Origin: Deltaproteobacteria bacterium
Lineage (GTDB): Bacteria > Desulfobacterota > DSM-4660 > Desulfatiglandales > HGW-15
Assembly: GCA_019310525.1 (NCBI GenBank)
Contig: JAFDEE010000009.1
Span: forward strand, 16,785 to 80,784
Reading direction: 5' to 3'
DNA length: 64,000 nucleotides
Positions within the stretch are counted from its first letter, which is position 1. Each line of letters starts with the position of its first letter. The notes under the pieces are model-generated. The model saw nothing but the letters and a program-made list of their open reading frames with translations. It ran no database searches and was not told where the DNA came from. Shown here in pieces: positions 17,924-27,594 of the stretch. The position numbers and the translations under genes are program-made.

Positions 17924-18307
17924 TCACATCCTCTTTACGGTATGAATGGACAGAGACGAGGCCTTGAAATAATCCTTGGAAAACCGGGCGACCTCATCAG
18001 GCTCGTAGGGCTTGCAACTGAAAATGTCGATATAGGCCGCATTGGTGAGGTTGGCGAAATGACCTGAAATCAGTGAGGTTTCGATGAGTTGGACCATGGA
18101 ATATCCCTGGACCCGTTCATCTTTTCCAAAATGAACCACCTGGCATTCCCCGAATCGTTTCATCTCGATCAGGTCGCACAGCTCAATAACGTAGTTTCGG
18201 ATCTTTTCGGCATCTCGAATGGTATCAGGGTCACAATCGTAGAGGTCAAGACTCGTCAACAGACCCCAGGGAGCCGTTTCCTTATTGAGTGCTAGTTGTG
18301 TCCTCAT
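17924..18307 (-). CDS. S-adenosylmethionine decarboxylase-related (pyruvoyl AdoMetDC family) protein
   Basis: VQLIETSLISGHF...AYIDIFSCKPYEP aligns with the AdoMet_dc family core (ES cleavage-site region, ...D.F.C...). The start at 18307 (MRTQL) has GGAGGGAGAGAGCC upstream. The track start at 18367 was rejected. Confidence 0.72.
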   Translation of the reverse strand: MRTQLALNKETAPWGLLTSLDLYDCDPDTIRDAEKIRNYVIELCDLIEMKRFGECQVVHFGKDERVQGYSMVQLIETSLISGHFANLTNAAYIDIFSCKPYEPDEVARFSKDYFKASSLSIHTVKRM

Positions 18308-18394
18308 GGCTCTCTCCCTCCATATCGCCGAAAACTTAATCGCCCTTGAGTCCCGGGGGCGGTACATGCCCAGGCCCCACGGGCAAAATACGAT

Positions 18395-18422
18395 AATCTA
18401 GGGTTTTTTTAGGGTTTGTCAA
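18395..18422 (-). promoter_or_regulatory. Putative sigma70 promoter for the AdoMetDC-like gene
   Basis: On the minus strand: TTGACA (18422-18417), 16-nt spacer, TAGATT (18400-18395). Confidence 0.45.
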
Positions 18423-18570
18423 CGGAAATCGGATGAAAAATTCACACCGTCTGGTTTGGTGGAAAGGAAACTCCTTTCCCGTCCTTTGCGATATTGAAAA
18501 TCCGCGAGGAAACGACCTCTTTCAATGACACGCCTCCTCCCAAATCCCGGGTAAGCGAATCGATCCGGGC

Positions 18571-19491
18571 TCAGTGATCTACATCGATTCCTTCTTCCAT
18601 TTTTATCTTCTGAAGCACACCTGTGATGATTTCTTTCAATCCGGTGTCCTTTGGGACTCTTTCATGGAGCATTCTCAGGAGGACCAATCCCTTGTGATTG
18701 AGACCGTAAGAAAGATAAAGGGCGGCCTTTAAGAAAATACGGTCTTTTTCATCCAGGGGATCCATCCGATCAAGCCTCTTCAGCTCCATATCAAGGGCCT
18801 GGGCCGTCCTTTCCCCCGCAATGGCGAACCAAGAAAACCTCGAGGATATGACCCGGTTCTCGTCTCGTAAAAAACCCTTTACCTTCCAATAGTACCGGGT
18901 TTCGGGAAGGAGAGGAGGAAATCCGGGCGGAAGCCCTTTCTCTCCATCACCCTCCTTGACCGAAGGGGTGAAGACATGTTGAAAGGGGGGAGAAGGGGAT
19001 CGTATGGAAACCTCGACATCTTCCAAACCAACCGGGCCTTTCCATTCAAACCGAAGCTCCCCTGGCAACAAATTGGAATCACAGGGGTACAGCAGAAAAA
19101 TTTTACCGGCATCCGCTTCCGCAGCTCGCGAAATCGATCGCGATCCCCGTGAAGTCATCTCCCTGACCGTATCCATGAGGGCGGTAACCATCCCATCCAC
19201 CCCTCCCGCTTCCTCTCCCTCGGGAACTATCACCTGACGGCCGGCGTCTACCGGCAGCACGGTGCCATCCGATAGAAGAATCGTGGCCCTTCCGCCCTGG
19301 CTCGCAACGATCATTCCCGATTGCAGCCTGGTACCGGTCCTTGCCGGAACCGGCATCCCATGCCGAATCACATCCACCCGGCCATCCACCGGGAGAAGAA
19401 GGGCGGGGTTTGAATAAACAGGGCTGGAGGCCAATATCACGAATAAAAAGCACGGCCAGAAAAACGGCGAACAGATCCTTGAGATTCCCAT
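18571..19491 (-). CDS. Secreted hypothetical protein with FecR-like N-terminal domain
   Basis: Signal-peptide-like MGISRICSPFFWPCFLFVILASSPVYS. The next segment (GRVDVIRHG...TGTRLQSGMIVASQGGRATILLSDGTVL) resembles FecR-domain beta strands. Start chosen at 19491 (GGAGAG upstream); alternatives are at 19506 and 19557. Confidence 0.68.
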   Translation of the reverse strand: MGISRICSPFFWPCFLFVILASSPVYSNPALLLPVDGRVDVIRHGMPVPARTGTRLQSGMIVASQGGRATILLSDGTVLPVDAGRQVIVPEGEEAGGVDGMVTALMDTVREMTSRGSRSISRAAEADAGKIFLLYPCDSNLLPGELRFEWKGPVGLEDVEVSIRSPSPPFQHVFTPSVKEGDGEKGLPPGFPPLLPETRYYWKVKGFLRDENRVISSRFSWFAIAGERTAQALDMELKRLDRMDPLDEKDRIFLKAALYLSYGLNHKGLVLLRMLHERVPKDTGLKEIITGVLQKIKMEEGIDVDH

Positions 19492-19655
19492 GACTCCACT
19501 CTCCATTAAAGTATCGCACGGACCGAAAAAAGACTCGGGTCCCGATCTTTTTCCCATCCTAGTATGGCAATATTCCAGGAATCAATATCTTTTCAGTGAA
19601 GGGCTATGGAAGGGCGGAAACCTGTGCGGGATGGAAGGGGCCTATTTCTGCCTGC

Positions 19656-19796
19656 TTATCGGGTCAAAAACTGATTGAAAATATACCGTTCGTAAAGGGA
19701 ACAAAGGTAATGGGCCTTACCCTTGCTCATCCCCATGTCACGAAGGCGGCAATAAATGTGCAATGGATTCAGATAATGCTTGAATGCAGCTCTCAT
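19656..19796 (-). CDS. Candidate 46-aa small ORF in AT-rich spacer
   Basis: MRAAFKHYLNPLHIYCRLRDMGMSKGKAHYLCSLYERYIFNQFLTR. It is below the track size cutoff. GAGG lies about 10 nt upstream. Its ATG overlaps the TGA of the 71-aa ORF 19793-20008 (ATGA). No family recognised, so this is speculative. Confidence 0.3.
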   Translation of the reverse strand: MRAAFKHYLNPLHIYCRLRDMGMSKGKAHYLCSLYERYIFNQFLTR

Positions 19797-20135
19797 GAAA
19801 CGTGAGCCTCAGTATCCACTCGTTTTTTCGTAATCCAGATCCCGGTCGCCGGCCGGACTAGAGGGCACGGATTTTGATGTTTCCCGTCCGAATGCCGGAT
19901 AAATAAAGCAAGGGGAATGCCAGAGGGGCCCCAAAAATCCTCTTTTGATTCCAGCATGTTGAAAGAGAATCCACGGAAAGAAATAAAAGGTATGTAAAAC
20001 CTTGCCACTTATTCAGGTAATTTTGGTGAAAAGAACGGTAAAATTTTTCAGGATGACGGACCAACGGATCTGCGATGAAAGGTCTCGAATAGGAAGGTGG
20101 CTGTTTGACGGAGGGATACCCGAACCATTCTCTGC

Positions 20136-22115
20136 TCACCCTTTTTCCATGATTTCCTTCATCTTTCGGGAAAGCTCCTCCAGCCTGAAGGGCTTCTGGA
20201 TGAAGCCGTCTCCCCCTTGTTCAAGGATACTCGAGGCCAGCCCTTCAATGCTGAACCCGCTGGAGAGGAGGACCTTGACCGAGGGATTGATCTCTTTCAA
20301 CTTTTCAAAAGTCATGGCCCCGTTCATTTCCGGCATGACCACGTCCAGGATCACCAGGTCTATCTCATCAAATCCGTCCCGGTAAACCTCAACGGCCTCA
20401 AAGCCGCTCCTGGCCGTCAAGACACGATATCCCAAGTGTTCAATCAGTTTGGACGTAGAATACAAGACCCTTTCTTCGTCGTCTACCAGGAGGATGTTGC
20501 CCCTTCCTTCTACAGGCCCTATGTGCTGTACGGGCCGGACAATACTTTTCCGGGATGCAGGGAAAAAGAGGCAAAAGGTGCTCCCCTTGCCCTGTTCGGA
20601 TTCGACGTCAATGTATCCCCCGTGTCCCTTCACGATCCCGTATACAGACGCCAGGCCCAGGCCTGATCCACGGCCCTTTTCCTTGGTTGTAAAAAAGGGT
20701 TCAAAAAGGTGTTCAAGGGTTTCGTTATCCATGCCCGTACCCGTATCAGTGATCCTGAACCGCACATAAGATCCAGGCTTTGGGTCATAAGGAGAGCCCT
20801 GCATGTCCCTGTGGGTCACATTACTGGTCTCAAGGAAAAGCTCCCCCCCGCCGGGCATGGCGTCTCCTGCGTTGATGAAAAGATTCCACAGGACCTGTTC
20901 CATCTGGCCCTGATCCGCCTCAAGGAAATTCAAGTCCGGGCAGAGCCGCTGATGGATGATGATATCCTTTCGGGTCCGACCAAAGGTCCGGGCTGTCTCC
21001 GCCACGAGGTCGTTGAAATTCACCGGCCTGACTTCATATTTTCCCTGTCTGGCATATCCCAGCAGTTGGCGGGTCAACCTCGCCCCGCTTTGGACCTGCT
21101 TCTCGATGTCCTTGAGCATCGGATAGTGGGGATGATCGGAATTCATGGTCAAAAGGACAAGGGAGAGGTTTCCCATAATCGCCATGAGCAGATTATTGAA
21201 GTCATGGGCGATCCCCCCGGCAAGGTTTCCCAGGGCCTTCAATCTTTGGGCCTGCACGAGTTGGGCCTGCAACCGTCGGCTCTCTGAAACGTCCCACAGG
21301 ACCGAGAGTACACAGACCTGGCTGGCGATCCGGATCACCTTCGAGAAGACGAGAACAGTGATCCGATTGCCGCTCTTGGTCCCGAATTCTATTTCCATTC
21401 CCTGGATCTCCCCGGAGGTGAACAACTGCCCGAAACGAACATCCCGCTCGTCCTCCGAGAGAAATCCCAAATCGAAGACCGTACTCCCCAGGACCTCCTC
21501 CTTCTTGTAGCCCGACAGCTCACAAAATCGGCTGTTCACATCTATGAATACCCCGGTCCTGTGCTCTGTGAGGCAAATGGCCTGGGGGGAGAGTTCGAAG
21601 AGGCTCCGGAATTTGAACTCGCTCTCCTTCAAGGCCTCTTCCATCCGGATCCTCTCATCGATATTGCGCAGGATACCCTGGGTCCCGATGGGACGTCCCT
21701 CATGGTCATAGACGAAACTGACCTTCAATTCCCCCCAAAAGGTGGACCCATCCTTCCGGATGTATTCATATCTCATGAGGGGAATTTCCGGATTCAGCCC
21801 CTTCCTGGCCTGGGATGCGGCCTCCTCAAAACTGGCAAGGGCCCTCGAAAGGGAATCCGGGGTCATGATGTCCTCTAGCTTCAGGGCCTGGACTTCCTCC
21901 AGGCTGTATCCGAAAAGAGAGGTTACGGAGGGGCTGACGTAAGTGACATCGAGATCCATGTCCTGGAGGAAGAGGACGTCGGTAACGTTTTCCGCCAGAA
22001 ACCGGTATTTCTTTTCTCTTTCCCGGTGGGCCTCGATCCTTTCTCGTAGGCGGCGGTTTTCATCTTCCAAGGCCGTGAGCCTCTGCCGGAGTTCCTCGAT
22101 AGCCGTAAAATTCAT
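20136..22115 (-). CDS. PAS-domain hybrid sensor histidine kinase with C-terminal receiver
   Basis: Coiled-coil plus PAS repeats, H-box GIAHDFNNLLMAI, HATPase GRGSGLGLA, and receiver ILLVDDE...DLVILDVVMPEMNG. The start at 22115 (MNFTAIEEL) has GGAGG 9 nt upstream. Confidence 0.9.
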   Translation of the reverse strand: MNFTAIEELRQRLTALEDENRRLRERIEAHREREKKYRFLAENVTDVLFLQDMDLDVTYVSPSVTSLFGYSLEEVQALKLEDIMTPDSLSRALASFEEAASQARKGLNPEIPLMRYEYIRKDGSTFWGELKVSFVYDHEGRPIGTQGILRNIDERIRMEEALKESEFKFRSLFELSPQAICLTEHRTGVFIDVNSRFCELSGYKKEEVLGSTVFDLGFLSEDERDVRFGQLFTSGEIQGMEIEFGTKSGNRITVLVFSKVIRIASQVCVLSVLWDVSESRRLQAQLVQAQRLKALGNLAGGIAHDFNNLLMAIMGNLSLVLLTMNSDHPHYPMLKDIEKQVQSGARLTRQLLGYARQGKYEVRPVNFNDLVAETARTFGRTRKDIIIHQRLCPDLNFLEADQGQMEQVLWNLFINAGDAMPGGGELFLETSNVTHRDMQGSPYDPKPGSYVRFRITDTGTGMDNETLEHLFEPFFTTKEKGRGSGLGLASVYGIVKGHGGYIDVESEQGKGSTFCLFFPASRKSIVRPVQHIGPVEGRGNILLVDDEERVLYSTSKLIEHLGYRVLTARSGFEAVEVYRDGFDEIDLVILDVVMPEMNGAMTFEKLKEINPSVKVLLSSGFSIEGLASSILEQGGDGFIQKPFRLEELSRKMKEIMEKG

Positions 22116-22278
22116 GGGGGCGACCTCCAAATGACTGAGGGGAAATCCCGGCAGCCGAAAGACGTTCCCCTGTTTTCTACCCCGGCCCTGGAGAAGTTCT
22201 CCCTGACCATGGCCAGAAGGGCATCTCCACCGCTCTTCCTGTTTTTGGACATCCAAGGAATCTTTATTCCGGGTATCG

Positions 22279-23190
22279 TCATGGTGATGCTCCCAAAGGA
22301 TAGCGCCGAACCAGAAACGGCCGGAAACCGAAATCCCTTTCCACCGCCTTTTTTATCCCCTCCGCCTCTTCCTCATCCCTGTAAGGCCCGAGATAAAGTC
22401 TGTGCCAACGGCGCCCCCCCAGGATCACCGTCTCAATCCGGGGACGGTACCCCTTCTTTTCAAGACTTTTAAGCGCCCCGAGGGCCCGTTCCCCGTCCAG
22501 GAATGAAGCGATCTGTATGTCCACCCCCCGTGGTGCCACAAGGCAGGGCGAAGGATCGGGAATATCTTTGACAAGTTCGCGGGTGAGACGATCCACGAGG
22601 GCGACGGTTCGTTCTTCCCTCATGTGCAACCCGGAACGAAGGGAGGCTGGAATGATACCGAACAGGCTGAAAGGAACCCCTCCATCATGTGAGCGCCTGA
22701 GAAGGGTCTTGCTCCAAACTTCTTCGCCCCCCTTTGTCTTGACCATTTTCAGTTCCACTTCAAGGGCGATCTGGGAGTAGATACCCAGAAAATACTTCCG
22801 GAAATCATTGACCTTTCCATAAAGAAGAAAGTCCGCATGGAGAAGCTCTCCCAGGTTTTCCGGGGGTAAATCCTTCCAAGGTCTCCGGCTGATCTTTTCA
22901 TGGGCCTGAAGGATTCGGTCAACCTCCTCGAGTTCCAGATCTCTATAGTTCTTGGTGCTGAAATGGCCGTAAAAGGTCCTTCTTACGAGCCTGCCCAAAC
23001 TCTTCTCCCCTGTTCGGTTTTCAAAAGGGAGAACTGCAACGGTGATTTCACGCTTATAACTCTTCAACAATGAAAGAAGGGATGATGAGATCCCGCGGTC
23101 TTTCGCCGCCATGGTGGAACACGAAACGGCCAAGAAAAAAAGGAGAGCGCAAAATGAGGTGGACTTTGAATTCCTGCAGGTAAAACGCAA
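22279..23190 (-). CDS. Lipoprotein with C-terminal SPOR (peptidoglycan-binding) domain
   Basis: Lipobox FLAVSC. The C-terminal segment (IQIASFLDGERALGALKSLEKKGYRPRIE..RWHRLYLGPYRDEEEAEGI) is SPOR-like. Confidence 0.78.
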   Translation of the reverse strand: MRFTCRNSKSTSFCALLFFLAVSCSTMAAKDRGISSSLLSLLKSYKREITVAVLPFENRTGEKSLGRLVRRTFYGHFSTKNYRDLELEEVDRILQAHEKISRRPWKDLPPENLGELLHADFLLYGKVNDFRKYFLGIYSQIALEVELKMVKTKGGEEVWSKTLLRRSHDGGVPFSLFGIIPASLRSGLHMREERTVALVDRLTRELVKDIPDPSPCLVAPRGVDIQIASFLDGERALGALKSLEKKGYRPRIETVILGGRRWHRLYLGPYRDEEEAEGIKKAVERDFGFRPFLVRRYPLGASP

Positions 23191-23281
23191 TGGTCTTCCT
23201 TCAGATGCCTGGTATCTGGATGTCCCGGGTCAGGCATACCCCTGATCGTCTCAGGGAGTATAGGGTAAAGACGTTGGGGTG

Positions 23282-24037
23282 TCAACAACCGCCCCCCCCG
23301 GAGGACGAAGATCCGGGGTCTTCCCCGGCTTCTTCTCCCATGGCCTGAAGCATCACCTCTCTCACGCAGGCCATGAGTTTTTCCTGGTCCCGCTTTCTCC
23401 CGGCATTTACAGGAACTGGGTTACAAACCTTCAGGGTGATTTCTCCACGGTTGATCCTCATGCTCCCTTTGGGAACGATATTAATGCTGTTGAATATGAC
23501 GATGGGCACGATCTCGACACCCGCCTTGGAGGCCAGGTGAAAACCACCCTTTTTGAAGACCTGAAGACGGCCGTCCTTGCTGCGGGTCCCTTCGGGAAAG
23601 ATGAGTACCGAGGCCCCCTGCTTGATCCTTTCGGCAGCGCGGTTGATGCTCAATATCGCCCTCCTGGGATCCCCTCGGTCAATGGAGATATAACCGGCCC
23701 GCCTCATTGCGGGGCCCAGGATCGGGATCTTCATCAATTCCTGCTTCAGTATGAACTTGAAGTCCACCGGCAACCCCGCAAGGAGGGCGAAGATATCAAA
23801 GGCGCTCTGGTGGTTGGCCATGTAGATCCTGGGGACCTCCCAGTTCAATCCCTCCCCGCCCTCCCTGATCACCCGCACGCCGCTTACCCAGAGGATGGCC
23901 TTTGCCCAGGGAACCGCGGCCCAGAAATGAACGCGCCTGCCGCCGTCCTTCGTGAAAAGGGCCAAGAGTGCGCTCCACATGCACATCAGGATGGTATAGA
24001 AAGCAATAAAGGCATTCACTAAAAAGAATCGAACCAT
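23282..24037 (-). CDS. plsC: 1-acyl-sn-glycerol-3-phosphate acyltransferase
   Basis: Acyltransferase motifs NHQSAFD (HX4D) and FPEGTRS, with an N-terminal TM helix. Confidence 0.9.
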   Translation of the reverse strand: MVRFFLVNAFIAFYTILMCMWSALLALFTKDGGRRVHFWAAVPWAKAILWVSGVRVIREGGEGLNWEVPRIYMANHQSAFDIFALLAGLPVDFKFILKQELMKIPILGPAMRRAGYISIDRGDPRRAILSINRAAERIKQGASVLIFPEGTRSKDGRLQVFKKGGFHLASKAGVEIVPIVIFNSINIVPKGSMRINRGEITLKVCNPVPVNAGRKRDQEKLMACVREVMLQAMGEEAGEDPGSSSSGGGGC

Positions 24038-24071
24038 GGAAAAAACCTTCTAATTCAGGGAAGCTCCAGGC

Positions 24072-24468
24072 GAGACCTTTGAAAAACGCCCCCTTTTGCC
24101 CAATCTTCCGCCTTCGCTATGGCTACGGTGTGACAAGTCCGCCAGACAACGGCGGACAAGCAGCGTTAGACTTAGATTTTAATGTGCCTGTCTGTGAATA
24201 GGAGAACCTTGGACTTTCCAGGCGAAAATTTTAGTTGGATCGTTTTTTTAATAAGGTCAAGGATTCAAGGGGCCCAGGGTTCGAGTGAGAAACCGGGATT
24301 TAAATAAAGATGTTTTCCACTTGACCCCTTGAACCCTCGGCCCCTTGGCCCCTAAGCTTACGGCTTCAGCCGATAGCAGTTTAATCCTCGAAATACTCAA
24401 TGTATTCCTGTGGTTAAAATTTTCGTCTTCCTTGACCTTGAAAAAATTGAACGTTTTTCAATGGTCTC
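24072..24468 (-). mobile_element. 397-bp composite class-A element carrying nested repeat families
   Basis: Termini GAGACCTTTGAAAAACGC (24072-24089) and ACGTTTTTCAATGGTCTC (24451-24468). Perfect 5-bp direct repeat CAGGC at 24067-24071 and 24469-24473. Core halves flank about 290 bp that includes a Rep-2 copy (24232-24376) and a segment homologous to 17397-17448. Confidence 0.85.
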
Positions 24469-24569
24469 CAGGCCTTCTGGAGCCAGCCGCGCCCTTTCTG
24501 AAACCTGAAAAAACCATCACCATGCTCTTTACTCGCCCACAGGGGGAAGAAAAAAGACTGGGAGGCCCA

Positions 24570-26786
24570 TCAGCCGCTATCCCCCATCACAGGAAATTCA
24601 ATTCTCATGATCAAGACCCATTTACCTTCACGCTCCAGGTTCACCGTGCCCCCGTGCCGGTGTATCACGATCCTTGCGAAGGGCAGGTCCGGCACGCTCC
24701 GCTCCCTTTCCTGGTCGATGTGAGGGAAGAAGAATTTCTCCAGATCATCCTCGGAGAGGCGGTGAACCCGATGTTTCAGGGTTATGAAGAGGCGGTCGGT
24801 CGTGCCCCGGGTGGAGAGATAAAGCTTTTCTCCCCTGGGGGTAGAGACAATAGCATGCCTGAGCAGGCTTTCAAAGGCCTTGTTCAATTTTTCCTCGTCC
24901 CCCTGAATCCAGGGTGTGGAGTGGGGCAGATGCTTGATGAGTTCGAGGCCCTTTTCCCGCAGGAGCACCTGCAGCCTGTCCAGGAGGGATTCCAGAAGTT
25001 CCTCCACATTCACCTCAGTGAGGACCAGATCAAAGGGTTGGATCAGGGAGACCAGGATCTTCATGTAATTCTCCAGGCGGGCCACCTCCTCCACAATGAT
25101 ATGGGCCAATTGCCGCTTTGGATCCTCCTCCGGCAGGGAGTCCCGAAGGCGCCTGGCGAAGCCGCCCGCCGAAATGAGAGGATTCCTGATTTCATGGGCC
25201 ATGTGGGCCGAAATCTCTCCCAGGAGTCGTATTTCCTCGGTGCGAAGGGCCTTTTCCTGGAGCCGTTTGATCTCCGTGATGTCCATCATGATCCCATCAA
25301 TCCACCGGATCCTCCCCCCGGCATCCTTGGCCGGGATGGCATGGTCGATGAAGGTGAGGAAACGGCCGTCTCGGTGTTTGACGATCCTTTCGATCCGGCA
25401 CTCCTCCCCGGTCTTGAAGCAGGTCTCACAGATATCCCGGTACATCTCCGTCCCGTATCCACAGATCTTGTCCCGCCAAAAATCTCTGTCTCCCACGGCC
25501 TCCTCTATGTCGTAACCCAGGAACTCCGTCAAACGGGAGTTGATGAATTCAGTGGTCCCGTCAGGAAGGATCCGATAGACGATGAGGGGAACGTTTTCCA
25601 CCAGGGTCCTGTACTTCTCTTCCGATTCAACGAGGTCGAGGGTTCGCTCCCTGACCCGTTGTTCCAGTATCGCGGCATACTGCTCGATCTCCCTGCGCCT
25701 TTGGACCAGGGCCTCCAGCATAACGTTTAGGGCCTGGGTCAAAGCCCCGATCTCATCCATGGGCCGCAGCTCAAGCTTGCTCTCCCTCTTTTCCTGGGCG
25801 ATTTCCTGAGCATGCCGCACGATATCCTTGATGGGCCTGGTGAACAGGATGGTGACCAGGAAGGTGATAAGGAAAGAGACGGCCGTTCCCGTAAGGCCCA
25901 CCACGACCATGATATTGCGGGTTCGTATAAGCCTCGCCCGGATATGGGAGCGATCCATGTTGATCTCCACCAGGGCGGCGATCTGTCCTCCATAGGCCCT
26001 GACAGGACCTATCAGGATAGAACGGTCCGGGAACCGCTTCGGAGCGATCAGGATCGTCGGCTTCCCCGTCACGGCCTGCTCAAGGGTCCGCGCGTCGAAG
26101 GACTTCGTCCATTTCCCCGCCCTCCCCATGGTGCTGAATGAAGAGGGTCCGCCCACGCGGTAAAGGGTGAGATCCACCCCCCAACTCTTGTGAAAATCGT
26201 CCAGAAAGGCCTCCCCGAAACTGTGGCCGATCTCCACGCTCCCCACGATCTTTCCAAACCGGTAAACGGGAACGACGCCCCTTATGCCGAAACCCGTATC
26301 CCCCCACTCCAGACCCGCCGTAGGTTCACCCGTTCGGATGGCATCCACGATGGTCTTCCTATAGGCGGACATGTCCTCCCCGAAACGTTCCAGGTAATGG
26401 AGTCTCAGGAAAGAAGTGGCCGGAGGGATATGAAAATGAAACTGCTCGATCTCAAAATCCATCTTGAGCCTTACGTAGGTATAAAGCAGCAGTTCGATGA
26501 GGGCCTGGCGGTTCCGTTCTTCAAGATATTGCTGGACTTCAGGGATTTCCGCCACCATGGTGGCCAGGGAAAGGGCCTGGAGGCTTTTCTGATGGATACT
26601 GTTCAAAAACTGAAGGTAGTGGTGGAGAAGGACCTTCTTTTCTTCTTCCCGGATGAGCCGTTGCTGGGAGGTCAACCCAATGTAACTCAGGCTCAGGGTT
26701 CCGATAAGGGCCAGGGAAAGAAAGGGAATCAACAGCTTCCACTTAATGCTCAGGCTCTGGATCTTTTCAACCACTGAGATTTTCAT
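24570..26786 (-). CDS. Cache/HAMP/PAS sensor histidine kinase
   Basis: N-terminal TM helix, periplasmic Cache-like domain, second TM helix, HAMP, PAS, H-box AHMAHEIRNPL and a C-terminal ATPase-like domain. Start chosen at 26786 (MKISVVEK), which avoids overlap with mtgA; the alternative is 26834. Confidence 0.87.
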   Translation of the reverse strand: MKISVVEKIQSLSIKWKLLIPFLSLALIGTLSLSYIGLTSQQRLIREEEKKVLLHHYLQFLNSIHQKSLQALSLATMVAEIPEVQQYLEERNRQALIELLLYTYVRLKMDFEIEQFHFHIPPATSFLRLHYLERFGEDMSAYRKTIVDAIRTGEPTAGLEWGDTGFGIRGVVPVYRFGKIVGSVEIGHSFGEAFLDDFHKSWGVDLTLYRVGGPSSFSTMGRAGKWTKSFDARTLEQAVTGKPTILIAPKRFPDRSILIGPVRAYGGQIAALVEINMDRSHIRARLIRTRNIMVVVGLTGTAVSFLITFLVTILFTRPIKDIVRHAQEIAQEKRESKLELRPMDEIGALTQALNVMLEALVQRRREIEQYAAILEQRVRERTLDLVESEEKYRTLVENVPLIVYRILPDGTTEFINSRLTEFLGYDIEEAVGDRDFWRDKICGYGTEMYRDICETCFKTGEECRIERIVKHRDGRFLTFIDHAIPAKDAGGRIRWIDGIMMDITEIKRLQEKALRTEEIRLLGEISAHMAHEIRNPLISAGGFARRLRDSLPEEDPKRQLAHIIVEEVARLENYMKILVSLIQPFDLVLTEVNVEELLESLLDRLQVLLREKGLELIKHLPHSTPWIQGDEEKLNKAFESLLRHAIVSTPRGEKLYLSTRGTTDRLFITLKHRVHRLSEDDLEKFFFPHIDQERERSVPDLPFARIVIHRHGGTVNLEREGKWVLIMRIEFPVMGDSG

Positions 26787-26796
26787 GGTCGATCGC

Positions 26797-27573
26797 TCAT
26801 TGAAAAGAGGGTCTTCCCGGGCGGGAATCGGCACCCCGGGAAAGCCTCACCGGAAGTCCCCCGGGAAAGAGGCTCTTCATGTCCCGAAGAATCCTCCTTT
26901 TCCTCTCCAAGACCCTCCTGTTGGGATCCACCGGCGACCACCGATGGGGACTCGGCAGGACGGCGGCCAGGGCGGCGGCCTGCCCCAGGGTCAGGCGATC
27001 CGCTGATCTCCGGAAATATTTCCGGCTGGCGGCCTCCGCCCCCACGGCACCTTCACCCCAGTCCACAGTATTCAGGTAGACCTCGAGGATACGGCGCTTT
27101 TCCCAGAAAAGCTCAATGAGAATCGTGTAGTAGGCCTCCAAGGCCTTGCGGACCAGGCTTCTTCCCGGCCATAGGAAAAGGGAGCGAGCGGTTTGCATCG
27201 TGATGGTACTCGCTCCCCTGACCCGCCCCGAATGCAACAGGTCCCGCACCGCCTCCTCCAACTCCACGAAATCAAAGCCATGATGTCGGAAGAACCTCTG
27301 ATCTTCTCCCGCCAACACGGCTCTGAGCAAGTGAGGTGAAATCTTCTCCAATGGGCGCCAGCGGTACCCCGGCCAGGCGTAAGGCTTACCCCCGGCCGCT
27401 CCCTTTGCCCAACCCCACAACATGGGAACGGTAACAGGGGGATCGACAAAGCGGAACAGCAGGACCTGGAGGGCCGAGAAAAAAACGAGGCACAAAAAAA
27501 TCTTCAGGCAGGTGATCCAAACTCGGGTGAGAAACCGCCTCGAACTCCTGTTCTTCTTTTTTTTCCCACCCAA
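26797..27573 (-). CDS. mtgA: Monofunctional biosynthetic peptidoglycan transglycosylase
   Basis: GT51 motifs AGEDQRFFRHHGFD and RGASTITMQ, with an N-terminal membrane anchor. Confidence 0.9.
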   Translation of the reverse strand: MGGKKKKNRSSRRFLTRVWITCLKIFLCLVFFSALQVLLFRFVDPPVTVPMLWGWAKGAAGGKPYAWPGYRWRPLEKISPHLLRAVLAGEDQRFFRHHGFDFVELEEAVRDLLHSGRVRGASTITMQTARSLFLWPGRSLVRKALEAYYTILIELFWEKRRILEVYLNTVDWGEGAVGAEAASRKYFRRSADRLTLGQAAALAAVLPSPHRWSPVDPNRRVLERKRRILRDMKSLFPGGLPVRLSRGADSRPGRPSFQ

Positions 27574-27594
27574 GGTTCCTCCCGCTTGAATCCT

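Noticed and set aside
19793-20139. The 93-aa and 71-aa minus-strand ORFs in the AT-rich gap as real genes.
   Set aside because: They overlap each other in different frames and have no recognisable motifs. They are kept only as part of a finding, not as features.
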